A stretch of DNA of 64,000 nt. It comes from Gammaproteobacteria bacterium. GTDB lineage: Bacteria; Pseudomonadota; Gammaproteobacteria; Steroidobacterales; Steroidobacteraceae. Below, one piece after another: positions 54,373 to 63,210 of this stretch (positions are counted from its first letter, which is position 1; each line of letters begins with the position of its first letter). The notes below the pieces were generated by a model. The model ran no database searches and was not told the origin of the DNA. It saw only the letters and a list, made by a program, of their open reading frames with translations. Made by a program: the position numbers and the translations under genes. The stretch spans positions 108-64,107 of the forward strand of contig JASHPX010000117.1 in the NCBI GenBank assembly GCA_030037905.1. Reading direction: 5' to 3'.

Positions 54373-55668
54373 ATGAGCGGCATTCTGCTTGCAACCCTGG
54401 GATCTCTGGGGGACTTGCATCCGTACATCGCGGTGGGCAGGGCACTCTTGGCGCGCGGTCAGCAGGTGCGCGTTGCGACCTCGATTGATTATCGTGCGCG
54501 CGTGGAGGCAGCGGGGCTGGAATTCGCGCCGCTTGCGCCCTCGATAGCCGAGCTCGGCGACCCCGAGCAGATCGCGCGCGGATTCTTCAACCCCTGGAGC
54601 GGACCTCGGCGCCTGATCGAGGCGATGGTGACAGCTCCGCTCCGCCGTGCCTATGCCGACCTGCGTGTGGCTGCGGAAGGAGTAGCAGTTGCCGTTGCGC
54701 ACCCCATCACACCCGCGCTACCCATGATCGCCGAAAGTCGCGGACTTGCGTGGCTGTCGAGCGTGCTCTCCCCCTACAGCTTGTTCTCGATTGCCGATCC
54801 CCCGGTGATTCCCAACGTCGAGTGGCTGCAGCGTTTCGGCAACTGGTCGCAGCGCCTGATGCGCAATTTGGTGCGCGCGTCAGTACGGCGTTGGGAGCGG
54901 CCACTGCATACATTACGCGCCGAGCTGGGGTTGCCGGCCGTCAACGGCTCGCTGCTGATCGATGGTCAGTTCTCGCCTCGAGGCACGCTGGCGCTATTCG
55001 ATCCGTCGCTCGCCGCCCCTCAGCGTGACTGGCCCGCCCAGACGCTCGTCTGCGGCGCGGCCCTGCACGATGCCGGCGATCCGCAAGAGGCGACAACGGC
55101 ATCCGATGAGGCGCTCGAGCATTTTCTTGCGGCGGGCCCTGCACCTGTCGTCTTCGCGCTGGGATCCTCGGCCGTCTGGCTCGCTCGGGACTATTGGAAG
55201 CATGCGATCGCCGCATGCCGGACCCTCGGCATCCGTGGATTGCTGTTGACCGGCATGCCGCTACGGCAGCAGCTGCCTTCCAATGTAGCCGCTTTTGAGT
55301 ATCTGCCATATTCCCGCATCTTTCCCCGCGCTGCAGCCATCGTTCATCAGGCCGGGATCGGCACGCTCTCTTTCGCTCTGCGCTCCGGTCGTCCACAGCT
55401 GCTGACCCCCGCCGGCTTCGACCAGCCGGACAACGCCGCGCGTGCCGCGCGCTTGGGTGTAGGCCGTGTACTGCCATTCCGCCGCGCACACGATGATGGC
55501 CGGCTAGCGCGCGAACTGCGAGCACTGCTTGCAGATCCGGAGCATGCAAGAGCCGCCGTGGAAATGGCGGCACGGTCGAAGCATGTCGACGGCGCCGCCG
55601 CAGCTGCGCAGCGGATCATCGCCTGCATGAGTCAGGCCGGAGTCAGGCCGGGCGTAATACGGGCGTAA
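54373..55668 (+). CDS. GT1-family (UDP-glycosyltransferase/MGT-like) glycosyltransferase
   Basis: 431 aa from ATG 54373. N-terminus MSGILLATLGSLGDLHPYIAVGRALLARGQQV. C-terminal donor-binding HQAGIGTLSFALRSGRPQLLTPAGFDQPDNA. The last codons lie inside 11-bp tandem repeats. Confidence 0.75.
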   Translation: MSGILLATLGSLGDLHPYIAVGRALLARGQQVRVATSIDYRARVEAAGLEFAPLAPSIAELGDPEQIARGFFNPWSGPRRLIEAMVTAPLRRAYADLRVAAEGVAVAVAHPITPALPMIAESRGLAWLSSVLSPYSLFSIADPPVIPNVEWLQRFGNWSQRLMRNLVRASVRRWERPLHTLRAELGLPAVNGSLLIDGQFSPRGTLALFDPSLAAPQRDWPAQTLVCGAALHDAGDPQEATTASDEALEHFLAAGPAPVVFALGSSAVWLARDYWKHAIAACRTLGIRGLLLTGMPLRQQLPSNVAAFEYLPYSRIFPRAAAIVHQAGIGTLSFALRSGRPQLLTPAGFDQPDNAARAARLGVGRVLPFRRAHDDGRLARELRALLADPEHARAAVEMAARSKHVDGAAAAAQRIIACMSQAGVRPGVIRA

Positions 55669-55683
55669 TACGGGCGTAATACG
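55629..55683. repeat. Two adjacent 11-bp tandem repeats: (gagtcaggccg)x2 + (ggcgtaatacg)x3
   Basis: Read directly. The GT stop codon TAA (55666-55668) lies in the second ggcgtaatacg unit. Confidence 0.9.
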
Positions 55684-55708
55684 CGGCTGATGACTCGCTA
55701 GCAGGGCA

Positions 55709-57439
55709 TTATCGCCCAGGCTCGGGGATGGCTTCGCCGTCCTTGCGCGGGTCGGACGCGCCGTAGTTGACGCCGGTCGCGAAGTCCCGCATCACCGCCT
55801 GACCGCCGCCCATGACTGCCGAGTAGTCGCCGCGCAGCTGGATCTGGTGCCCGCGGGCGGCAAGCGTCTTGCGGACGTCCTCCGGAATGCGATCCTCCAT
55901 CGCCACGTCGCATCCGTTGAAGGTCATCTTGGTGAAACGCGGCGCCTCCATCGCGGCCTGGATGTCCAGGCCGTAGTCGACCACGTTGGAGATGAATTGG
56001 GCGTGCGCCTGCGCCTGGTTGAAGCCCCCCATGATGCCGAACGCGATGCGCTGCTCGCCGCGCTGCATGAATCCCGGGAGGATGGTGTGCAGCGGGCGCT
56101 TGTGGCCGGCGAGCGCATCGGGCGAGGACGGATCGAGCGAAAAGAGCGCGCCGCGGTCCTGGAGCACGAAGCCCGTATGGCCCGCCACCAGGCGTGAGCC
56201 GAATCCCTGGTAGTTGCTCTGGATCAGCGACACCATGTTGCCCTGGCGGTCGACCGCGGTCAGGTAGGTGGTGTCGCCGGTCGTGGGGAGCGCCGGCTGG
56301 CCCGCCGCCACGTTACAGTTCGCGCGCGTCATGTCTATCAGCGCCGCGCGCGCGGCGGCATAGCGCTTCGACAGCATCGCGGCGACGGGCACGTGACTGA
56401 ATCGTGGATCACCCACGTAGCGCAGCAGATCAGCATACGCCAGCTTCTTCGCCTCGATCATCACGTGCAGCGCATCGGCGGAGTTGTGGCCGTCGCGCGC
56501 CAGCGGGAAGCCCTCCATGATGTTGAGCATCATGAGCGCGGCGATCCCCTGCCCGTTGGGGGGCAGCTCATAGACGGTCCAGCCGTGGTAGGTGGTCGAG
56601 ATCGGCTGCACCCACTCGCTGGAATAGTCCGCCAGGTCCTCGGCCGTCATTGCGCCGCCGAGCTCGCGGGAGAGGGCTAAAATCTCGCCGGCGATCGGCC
56701 CTTTGTAGAAGGCGTCGCGGCCGCCGCGCGCCACCTCCTCGAGCGAGCGGGCGAGGTCCGGATTGCGAAACACCTCACCCACGGCCGGCGTATGTCCGTC
56801 GATGAGATAGGTTCGCGAGAGATTCGCATCGGCATGCAGCGCGGCGGCGGAACCGCTCCAGTATTCCGCGGCCCATTCAGGCACCGGGAATCCGTCGCGC
56901 GCATAGGCGATCGCCGGCGCCAGGACGTCCGCCAGCTTGCGGGTTCCAAAGCGCGCCAGCAGCTTCGACCAGCCGTCGACGACGCCCGGCACCGTCACGC
57001 TGTCGATACCAAACTCCGGCATCTTGCCCGTGATGCCGTTGGCTTTCAGAAACCCGATCGTGAGCTTCGCCGGCGACCAGCCGCTGGCGTTGAGGCCATA
57101 CAGCTTCCCCGTCTTGGCGATGTATACGATCGCGAACAGGTCGCCGCCCATCCCGTCCATCATCGGCTCGACGACGCCCATCACCGCGTTGGTGGCTACG
57201 ATCGCATCGATTGCGTTGCCGCCGCGAGCGAGGACCGTCGCTCCAGCCTGTGCTGCCAGGGGGCTTTCCGCGGCAACGATTCCTCCGCGGCTGATGACCA
57301 TCGAGCGCCCCTGCGATCGATCCTGCGCGTTGGCCGGCGAGACTGCCAGGCAGGCCAGGGCCAGAAGCCCGATTGCCCCGCCGCCGATTCGCAGGCTGCG
57401 TGCGCCGATCGCAACGAGTTGCAGTCTTCCCGGGAACAT
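55709..57439 (-). CDS. ggt: Gamma-glutamyltranspeptidase
   Basis: 576 aa with a signal peptide. Autoprocessing site context TGDTTYLTAVD. Also GGNAIDAIVATNAVMGVVEP and GFGSRLV. Confidence 0.9.
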   Translation of the reverse strand: MFPGRLQLVAIGARSLRIGGGAIGLLALACLAVSPANAQDRSQGRSMVISRGGIVAAESPLAAQAGATVLARGGNAIDAIVATNAVMGVVEPMMDGMGGDLFAIVYIAKTGKLYGLNASGWSPAKLTIGFLKANGITGKMPEFGIDSVTVPGVVDGWSKLLARFGTRKLADVLAPAIAYARDGFPVPEWAAEYWSGSAAALHADANLSRTYLIDGHTPAVGEVFRNPDLARSLEEVARGGRDAFYKGPIAGEILALSRELGGAMTAEDLADYSSEWVQPISTTYHGWTVYELPPNGQGIAALMMLNIMEGFPLARDGHNSADALHVMIEAKKLAYADLLRYVGDPRFSHVPVAAMLSKRYAAARAALIDMTRANCNVAAGQPALPTTGDTTYLTAVDRQGNMVSLIQSNYQGFGSRLVAGHTGFVLQDRGALFSLDPSSPDALAGHKRPLHTILPGFMQRGEQRIAFGIMGGFNQAQAHAQFISNVVDYGLDIQAAMEAPRFTKMTFNGCDVAMEDRIPEDVRKTLAARGHQIQLRGDYSAVMGGGQAVMRDFATGVNYGASDPRKDGEAIPEPGR

Positions 57440-57605
57440 CGACTCCCCCCATCGCCCCGATGCTGCGGCAGCCTACTGCCGGCGGGGGGTGCAGTCCAGC
57501 CTGGCGGTGCGGCGCGCGGCTATTGCGTCGTTGCCCGAAGGACGTTCGAATCACGCAGCGCTCCAGTCTTGCTCACCGGAATTCGCAATTTCGCACCGCG
57601 CCTTT

Positions 57606-57647
57606 CTTGAACCCCGATTTGTAACGCGTTACGCTGTAACGCGTTAC
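57606..57647 (+). promoter_or_regulatory. Putative promoter with twin 12-bp palindromic operators upstream of the TA operon
   Basis: TTGAAC-17 nt-TACGCT. The perfect palindrome GTAACGCGTTAC occurs at 57621-57632 and again at 57636-57647 (15-bp period). It ends 16 nt before the antitoxin ATG. Confidence 0.55.
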
Positions 57648-57663
57648 AGTGAGGTCAGGGATC

Positions 57664-57867
57664 ATGGCGGAAGCAGCGGAACGGATGAAGGCGATGCGGG
57701 AGCGGCGGCGCGCTCGAGGGCTGCGCGAGTTGCGCCTGGTGGTGCCGGATGCACGCTCCAAGCTCGTCCGGCGCCGTGTCGCAAGGCAGGTTGCCGGTCT
57801 GGATCGAGCGCATGAGCTCGAGGCGCTGAGGTGGATCGAGGCGGTCTCGGAATTTGACGCCCAATGA
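57664..57867 (+). CDS. Antitoxin (DUF3018/MazE-like, Arg-rich RHH-type)
   Basis: 67 aa from ATG 57664. MAEAAERMKAMRERRRARGLRELRLVVPDARS. Its stop overlaps the toxin ATG (ATGA). Confidence 0.65.
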   Translation: MAEAAERMKAMRERRRARGLRELRLVVPDARSKLVRRRVARQVAGLDRAHELEALRWIEAVSEFDAQ

Positions 57868-58193
57868 GACGCGGCGATGTGGTAACGGTGACGGTAACCG
57901 GAGATTTTGGCATGCCCAGAGCCGCCGTCATCGTTCAAACTGATGCGCTGCCCGCCGAGCATGCTTCAGTCGTCGTGTGCCAGATGACCTCGGAGTTCAG
58001 CGATGCACCCGACTTCAGAGTAATTGTCGAACCAAGCGAGCAAAACGGTTTGCGGGTCCGATCCCAGGTGATGGCCGATGAGCCCGTGACGATTCGGCGC
58101 GCGAGAGTGGGCCGGCGGATAGGACACATGGCCGACGGAGACATGGCACGCCTGAATATCGCTCTGGCATTCGTCATGGGTTTGGCTGACTGA
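57864..58193 (+). CDS. PemK/MazF-family toxin
   Basis: 109 aa. MRRGDVVTVTV...PRAAVIVQTDAL...VVVCQMTS...QVMADEPVTIRRARVGRRIG follows the MazF/PemK pattern. Confidence 0.7.
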   Translation: MRRGDVVTVTVTGDFGMPRAAVIVQTDALPAEHASVVVCQMTSEFSDAPDFRVIVEPSEQNGLRVRSQVMADEPVTIRRARVGRRIGHMADGDMARLNIALAFVMGLAD

Positions 58194-58256
58194 AGGCACC
58201 AGCTCTGCGTAGCGTGCCACATGGACATATTCCTGACCTGCGCCTCAGGCGTGCGC

Positions 58257-59066
58257 ATGCCGAGGATCCTCTACGGAACGGCGTGGAAGCAGAGCGCCAC
58301 CGAGCGGCTCGTTACGCTCGCACTGCAGGAGGGGTTTCGCGGGATCGATACTGCCTGCCAGCCTCGGCACTACGATGAGGCCGGCGTGGGCGCCGGCATC
58401 GCTGCGGCCCTTGGGAGAAACCTGCAGCGCACCGATCTGTACGTTCAGACCAAATTCACGCCGGCTTCCGGACAGGATCCGTCGCGCGTACCCTACGATC
58501 CGAGCGCGCCGCTCGCCGAGCAAGTGACGCAGTCCTTCGCCGCGTCTCTGAGCAATCTGCGAACCGACTATCTGGATTGTCTATTCCTGCACTCTCCGCT
58601 CGCGAGTAGTGAGGACACCTTGCAGGCGTGGCGCGCCATGGAGTCGCTCGTCGAGCGCGGCGGCGTTCGCCAGCTCGGGATCAGCAACTGCTATCGACTC
58701 GAGCAACTGCGGGAGCTGTGTCGCTCCGCGCGCATCGCGCCCGCGGTTCTGCAGAACCGCTTCTACGCCGATACGGGTTACGACGTGAGCCTGCGAGCGT
58801 ACTGCGCGAGTGAGCAAATCGTGTACCAGAGCTTCTGGACGCTCACGGCGAATCCCCAGATACTGGCAGATCCCACGATCGAGTCGATCGGCTCGACCCA
58901 CGCTCGCACGCCGCCGCAGATACTCTTCCGCTACCTCATGGAGTCAGGCGTGGTTCCGCTCACCGGGACACGCTCACGCGAACACATGCGCGATGATCTG
59001 CAGATCTTCGAGTTCGAATTGAGGCAGGACGAGCGCCGCGCAATCGACGCGTTGCTCGGGGGCTGA
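58257..59066 (+). CDS. Aldo/keto reductase
   Basis: 269 aa from ATG 58257. LYGTAWK...GFRGIDTACQPRHYDE...LDCLFLHSP...GISNCY. Confidence 0.8.
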   Translation: MPRILYGTAWKQSATERLVTLALQEGFRGIDTACQPRHYDEAGVGAGIAAALGRNLQRTDLYVQTKFTPASGQDPSRVPYDPSAPLAEQVTQSFAASLSNLRTDYLDCLFLHSPLASSEDTLQAWRAMESLVERGGVRQLGISNCYRLEQLRELCRSARIAPAVLQNRFYADTGYDVSLRAYCASEQIVYQSFWTLTANPQILADPTIESIGSTHARTPPQILFRYLMESGVVPLTGTRSREHMRDDLQIFEFELRQDERRAIDALLGG

Positions 59067-59084
59067 CCTTGGGCCGGCAGCGCC

Positions 59085-59609
59085 TCAGGAGAAGATCGCG
59101 CTGGCGCGTGCAGCGATGCGTTTGCGATCGTTCTCGGAACAGTCGATAAACTGGAGCAAATGAATTAGGCCCTCTCGTCGCACGAGACCGAGCTTGGCTG
59201 TGGTACGCGCGAAAGCGATGTCTTTCTCCCGAGCAGCGCCAAGTTTGCTGAGGACGAGGTCCTCAGGGGACATGCACCAGCCGATAAATTCTTCAACGTG
59301 CACTGGGATAGCCCGTGATTTCCAGTCACGGGGTGCATAGGTGGGCGTTCGGGAAGTTACTCCCTGGGCGTAGTATCCGTATTCGACATCGAAATCACTC
59401 GCCTCTCCAATTACGAAGGAGATTTGATCCGCCATCCGCTCATCATCTCCCGGCGGAATTACGTCCACGTCACGAGTAGCGGTAAGCTCGCCCTCTGGCG
59501 GATTCGGCAGCACTGCGAGAATGGCTGCAGATCCGATGATGAATACCTCCTTCAGACCGAAGCGACGTCCGATCTCCAGAATGACGTGCTGCAGCTGCAG
59601 CCGATACAT
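59085..59609 (-). CDS. Minimal nucleotidyltransferase-fold protein (DUF6036/AbiEii-like; putative toxin-type partner)
   Basis: 174 aa. NTase-like IIGSAAILAV...TATRDVDVI. C-terminal EDLVLSKLGAAREKDIAF. Lies 6 nt downstream of a wHTH gene in an AT-richer patch. Confidence 0.45.
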   Translation of the reverse strand: MYRLQLQHVILEIGRRFGLKEVFIIGSAAILAVLPNPPEGELTATRDVDVIPPGDDERMADQISFVIGEASDFDVEYGYYAQGVTSRTPTYAPRDWKSRAIPVHVEEFIGWCMSPEDLVLSKLGAAREKDIAFARTTAKLGLVRREGLIHLLQFIDCSENDRKRIAARASAIFS

Positions 59610-59615
59610 GCTGCC

Positions 59616-60119
59616 TCAAGCGGCCCGAATCGACTCAAAGACCCTACGGCGTTCGCCGGCAGCAACGAGAACCGTAAGAGGAGATTCCTGTCGCAATGTA
59701 GCAGCTGGCTCGGAGGATTCGGTCATGATGCGCAGCAGGGTTGCAAGTGGCCCGTCGAGGAGCACAGCCCATCTATCATGGTAGACAGCGCCATGAGGAT
59801 TTACTTCACGCAACCGGCGCAGACGCTGCCGAGCGGTCTCCAGCAGACAGGGATCTCGGATGAGGCGACGTGCCACGGCCTCGTGCAAACGCAAGCTGCG
59901 CAGAGCCGACAAGTCGCGCCGGTCTGTCGCGTGGTATCGGGTTGCCCTGGCTGAGCCATCCATGACGACTCGACCTTCTGATCGAAGTTTGTGGAGAGCA
60001 CGCCACAGTGTCGGCTGACTGATGCGCTGCTTCAGTGCTCGTGTGATCTGCGGCGCGCGCAGGCCATGGGGTGACACGAGAAGCATCTGCACGATCCGCT
60101 CCGGATCAATATGCCGCAT
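59616..60119 (-). CDS. Winged-HTH protein (putative antitoxin/regulator partner)
   Basis: 167 aa. wHTH LRAPQITRALKQRISQPTLWRALHKLRSEGRVV. Preceded by an AT-rich ~225-bp promoter region (60120-60344). Confidence 0.45.
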   Translation of the reverse strand: MRHIDPERIVQMLLVSPHGLRAPQITRALKQRISQPTLWRALHKLRSEGRVVMDGSARATRYHATDRRDLSALRSLRLHEAVARRLIRDPCLLETARQRLRRLREVNPHGAVYHDRWAVLLDGPLATLLRIMTESSEPAATLRQESPLTVLVAAGERRRVFESIRAA

Positions 60120-60344
60120 TTGCCGCCGTCTCTGAATTAATCATGAATAGATATTAGTCGCCTGTGGAAGGCTGAATCAAGTTCCTTGCCTGCCAACGGA
60201 GCATATATCGTAAGTGTTTGAACTATAAATAACTTATACGGGAGAAAAGTGACACGTGGCATGCGTGCGTTTCGGGAGTTCATCCCGGCACGATCAGGTC
60301 GGTAAGCGCGGCGTTCGAGCTCCCTGGAGCTCTCGCGAGCGGCG

Positions 60345-60977
60345 TCACACGAGTCGCAAAGTGATCGCCCGGAGTACGGCCCGGGTACGGTCACGCGCGC
60401 CGAGTTTGGCGAGGATGTCGGAGACATAGTTCTTGACCGTGCCTTCGGCGAGGTTGAGGCTGCGGGCGATCTCCTTGTTCGAATATCCGCCAGCCAGCAG
60501 CCTCAGGATTTCGAGCTCACGCGCACCGAGATCGATTTGCCCGACTTCAGCCGGCGTCGCGGCTGCCAGGCGCGGATGTATCGGCCGGGTTGCCACGGGC
60601 GACAACCATTGTTCACCGCGCTGCGCGCGATCGATGGTAGCGATCAGATCCTCGGAGGAAGCTCCTTTGAGCAGAAAGCCCTGTGCGCCTGCCTCGACCG
60701 CCGCCAATAGTAGATCACTGTCCTCGAAGGTCGTCAGCATGACGATCGGCGTTCGGTTGCCCCGTCGCCGCAACTCGCGAACCATGGAAATACCGTCCAG
60801 GCCCGGCATCCGAATGTCGCTCACGATCACGTCCGCCGATGTCGCGCCTATTCGCTCGAGCAGTTCTGCTCCATCGGCCACCGATAGCACCACCTCGATG
60901 TCCATGCGTTCGAGAAGGGCCTGGAGTGCATCCCGTACGAGATCCTGATCATCGGCCAGCGCCACGCGAATCTTCAT
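60345..60977 (-). CDS. NarL/LuxR-family response regulator
   Basis: 210 aa. Receiver IRVALADDQDLV...VIVSDIRMPGLDG. C-terminal LuxR HTH LEILRLLAGGYSNKEIARSLNLAEGTVKNYV. ATG overlaps the kinase stop (ATGA). Confidence 0.9.
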   Translation of the reverse strand: MKIRVALADDQDLVRDALQALLERMDIEVVLSVADGAELLERIGATSADVIVSDIRMPGLDGISMVRELRRRGNRTPIVMLTTFEDSDLLLAAVEAGAQGFLLKGASSEDLIATIDRAQRGEQWLSPVATRPIHPRLAAATPAEVGQIDLGARELEILRLLAGGYSNKEIARSLNLAEGTVKNYVSDILAKLGARDRTRAVLRAITLRLV

Positions 60978-62121
60978 GACTGACGGCCGGCCGGCACGGT
61001 CACCCGCAGCCGAAAGCCGCCTTCCGGCGCCGTATCAGTCTCCACACGCCCTCCCAGCGGCTCCACGCGCTCCTGCATACCGCGGAGCCCATAGCCCGCC
61101 ACGCGATCGCTCGTACGCGTTCCGTCGTCACGTACCTCGAGCCGCAGGGTTTCCTCCTCTCGGCTCAGGGACAACCAGATATTGCGTGCATTCGCATGTC
61201 GTACGGCGTTCGTGAGTCCCTCTTGTCCCGCCCGCACGATGGCAGCGGCCCGGTCCGCCCCTTCGATGCGCACGCTCTCATGCAGGTCAAGGTGAATCCG
61301 TGGCGCCGGAAATGCTTCGGCGATCCGTCGTAACGCCTGTCTATGCCATCGTGGCGACGGAGATTCGCCACCACGCTGCGCAACTCCGACAGAAGCTTGC
61401 TCACCAGCTCCCTCGAAACGAGCCATTCACGCCGTGCGGATACCCGGACCTCCTGGCCAAGCAGGTCGAGGTTGAGCGCCAAGGCGGTGAGTCGATGGCC
61501 CGCCACATCGTGCAACTCCCGCGAGACGCGTAGCCGTTCTCCATCGCGCGCACTTTCGGCGAGCAGCTCTCGAGTCGCCAGCAACTGGGCATTCACTTCA
61601 CGAAGCTCTCGGGACACCCTCTGCGCCCGAGCGCGCTCGAGCGTGGTCAACAGGGCGAAGGCCTCGAAGCTGCCGTAGACGAACAGCGTGAATCCGGGGT
61701 CGGCGATACGCCAGCGGGCGAGCAGAACGGCCAGGAATACAAGATTCAGTGCCACCAGAGCGGTCACTGCGATTCTGGGGCGATAGACAGCCGCAATCGC
61801 CGCGGCGATCACGATCAACAAAATGGGGGTGAAGCTCGATGGTCCGAGCGCAAGCAGCACGAGGGCCGGTACGACCATCAAGGACAGCGAGATGATCGAG
61901 CCGCCGTCTGCGCCGCGCCTCATGATGCCGACAACGAAGACGAGCATGCAAAGCACGACCACGGTCCTTCCGGCCGGCTCTCCCAGCGGTGTCCACACGG
62001 GTGGTACTCGCCAAACGCCAATGGCGACCACCGCCCATGCCAGGTAGCCGGCAAGAAATACCGGGTTGGGCGCAAGTCCCGATAGGAAGGAGGGTAAGCG
62101 CATGCGAGACGATAGCCGCAT
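60974..62121 (-). pseudogene. HisKA_3 (NarX/DesK-type) sensor histidine kinase, interrupted by a 1-nt frameshift
   Basis: The TM region plus H-box SRELHDVAGHRLTALALNL...LRSVVANLRRHDGID lie in the frame of ORF 61165-62217. The ATPase domain ...QALRRIAEAFPAPRIHLDL...QEGLTNAVRHANA...DDG...GYGLRGMQERV lies in the frame of ORF 60974-61426. The two frames meet near 61339. Confidence 0.7.
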
Positions 62122-62215
62122 GCGCGTTTTGCCTTCAAGGTCCGATCTGCCGGATATGACTTCCGGCACCCGGGCGTATGACTTGCGGTACTGGTCTCGA
62201 GGTGGTGACGTGTCC

Positions 62216-62950
62216 ATGATGCGGCTGCCATCGGGAGCTCCAGCCGTGACACCCTACCAACTCGTCGTCGATACTCACTTGAGCTTCGGGACGGTCGCGC
62301 TGACGAGCTTCTGGATCAACGCCGCCCTGCCCAAGGGAACGCGACTGCATCGGCAGGTCGGAGCGGTGTACTTCCTCGCCATCGCCGGGGTGATCGCAAG
62401 CGCACTGCCACTGACGGCCCATGCCTTCGTCACCGGGCAGACCGTGACCGGAGTGTTTCTGTCATATCTGGTGATTTTGATAGGTACCACCCTCTGGACG
62501 GCGTGGCGCGCCATTCGGGATCGCGCCGCCGTTGCGACGTTCATCGGTCATCACTACCGGCCGCTTGCGTGGCTCAACCTCGCAAGTGCACTGACCGTTC
62601 TGGTGCTGGGGGTTGTGAATCATGCGCCGCTGCTCGCCGGTTTTTCGATTTACGGGCTACTGGCCGCCGGGCGCATGCTGCAGTTCATGGCGAAGCCGCC
62701 GACCGAGCCGTCCTGGTGGGTGCAGCGCCACTATCTCGGGATCGTCGGCAGCGGGATCGCGACCCACATCGCTTTCCTGAATTTCGGGCTGCGGAGCGTG
62801 ATCGCGCTCGATCGCTCCGACATGGCGTTCTATCTGCTCGCCTGGTTCGGGCCCGTATTGGTCGCGATCGGCATCGTACGGTGGCTGAACCACCGCTATG
62901 GTCGCAGTGCCGCCAGAGTGGGCACTGTCGTGCAACGCAGCATGACGTGA
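62216..62950 (+). CDS. Multi-pass membrane protein of unknown function
   Basis: 244 aa from ATG 62216, with about 6 hydrophobic segments. Divergent from the kinase gene. Confidence 0.5.
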   Translation: MMRLPSGAPAVTPYQLVVDTHLSFGTVALTSFWINAALPKGTRLHRQVGAVYFLAIAGVIASALPLTAHAFVTGQTVTGVFLSYLVILIGTTLWTAWRAIRDRAAVATFIGHHYRPLAWLNLASALTVLVLGVVNHAPLLAGFSIYGLLAAGRMLQFMAKPPTEPSWWVQRHYLGIVGSGIATHIAFLNFGLRSVIALDRSDMAFYLLAWFGPVLVAIGIVRWLNHRYGRSAARVGTVVQRSMT

Positions 62951-63210
62951 TGAATCGTACGTGACAGCGACCGCCGGCCGGTCCCCTTGAGGAACTGCTG
63001 GTCATCAACGCCGAGCGATTCGAGACCGGCGCCATTCGTGGAGTGACCCTGGAGGACTTCTCGCTCGACGAGTCGATTTAAAACGATGGTGGCATCCGCC
63101 GGCGCACTATGAACGGCCGCCTTGGCGCAACGATCACCCGCACCTGCCGCCGCTGCGGAGCGGGGACTGATCGCGGCGCGAGGGGCTCGGCTTTCCAGGC
63201 CGATGCGCAG

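Noticed and set aside
62965-63080. A start-less 38-codon open frame ending ...PLEELLVINAERFETGAIRGVTLEDFSLDESI* between the membrane protein and cadR-like genes.
   Set aside because: It has no start codon or RBS and I cannot assign a family. It may be a C-terminal gene remnant, but the evidence is too thin to annotate.
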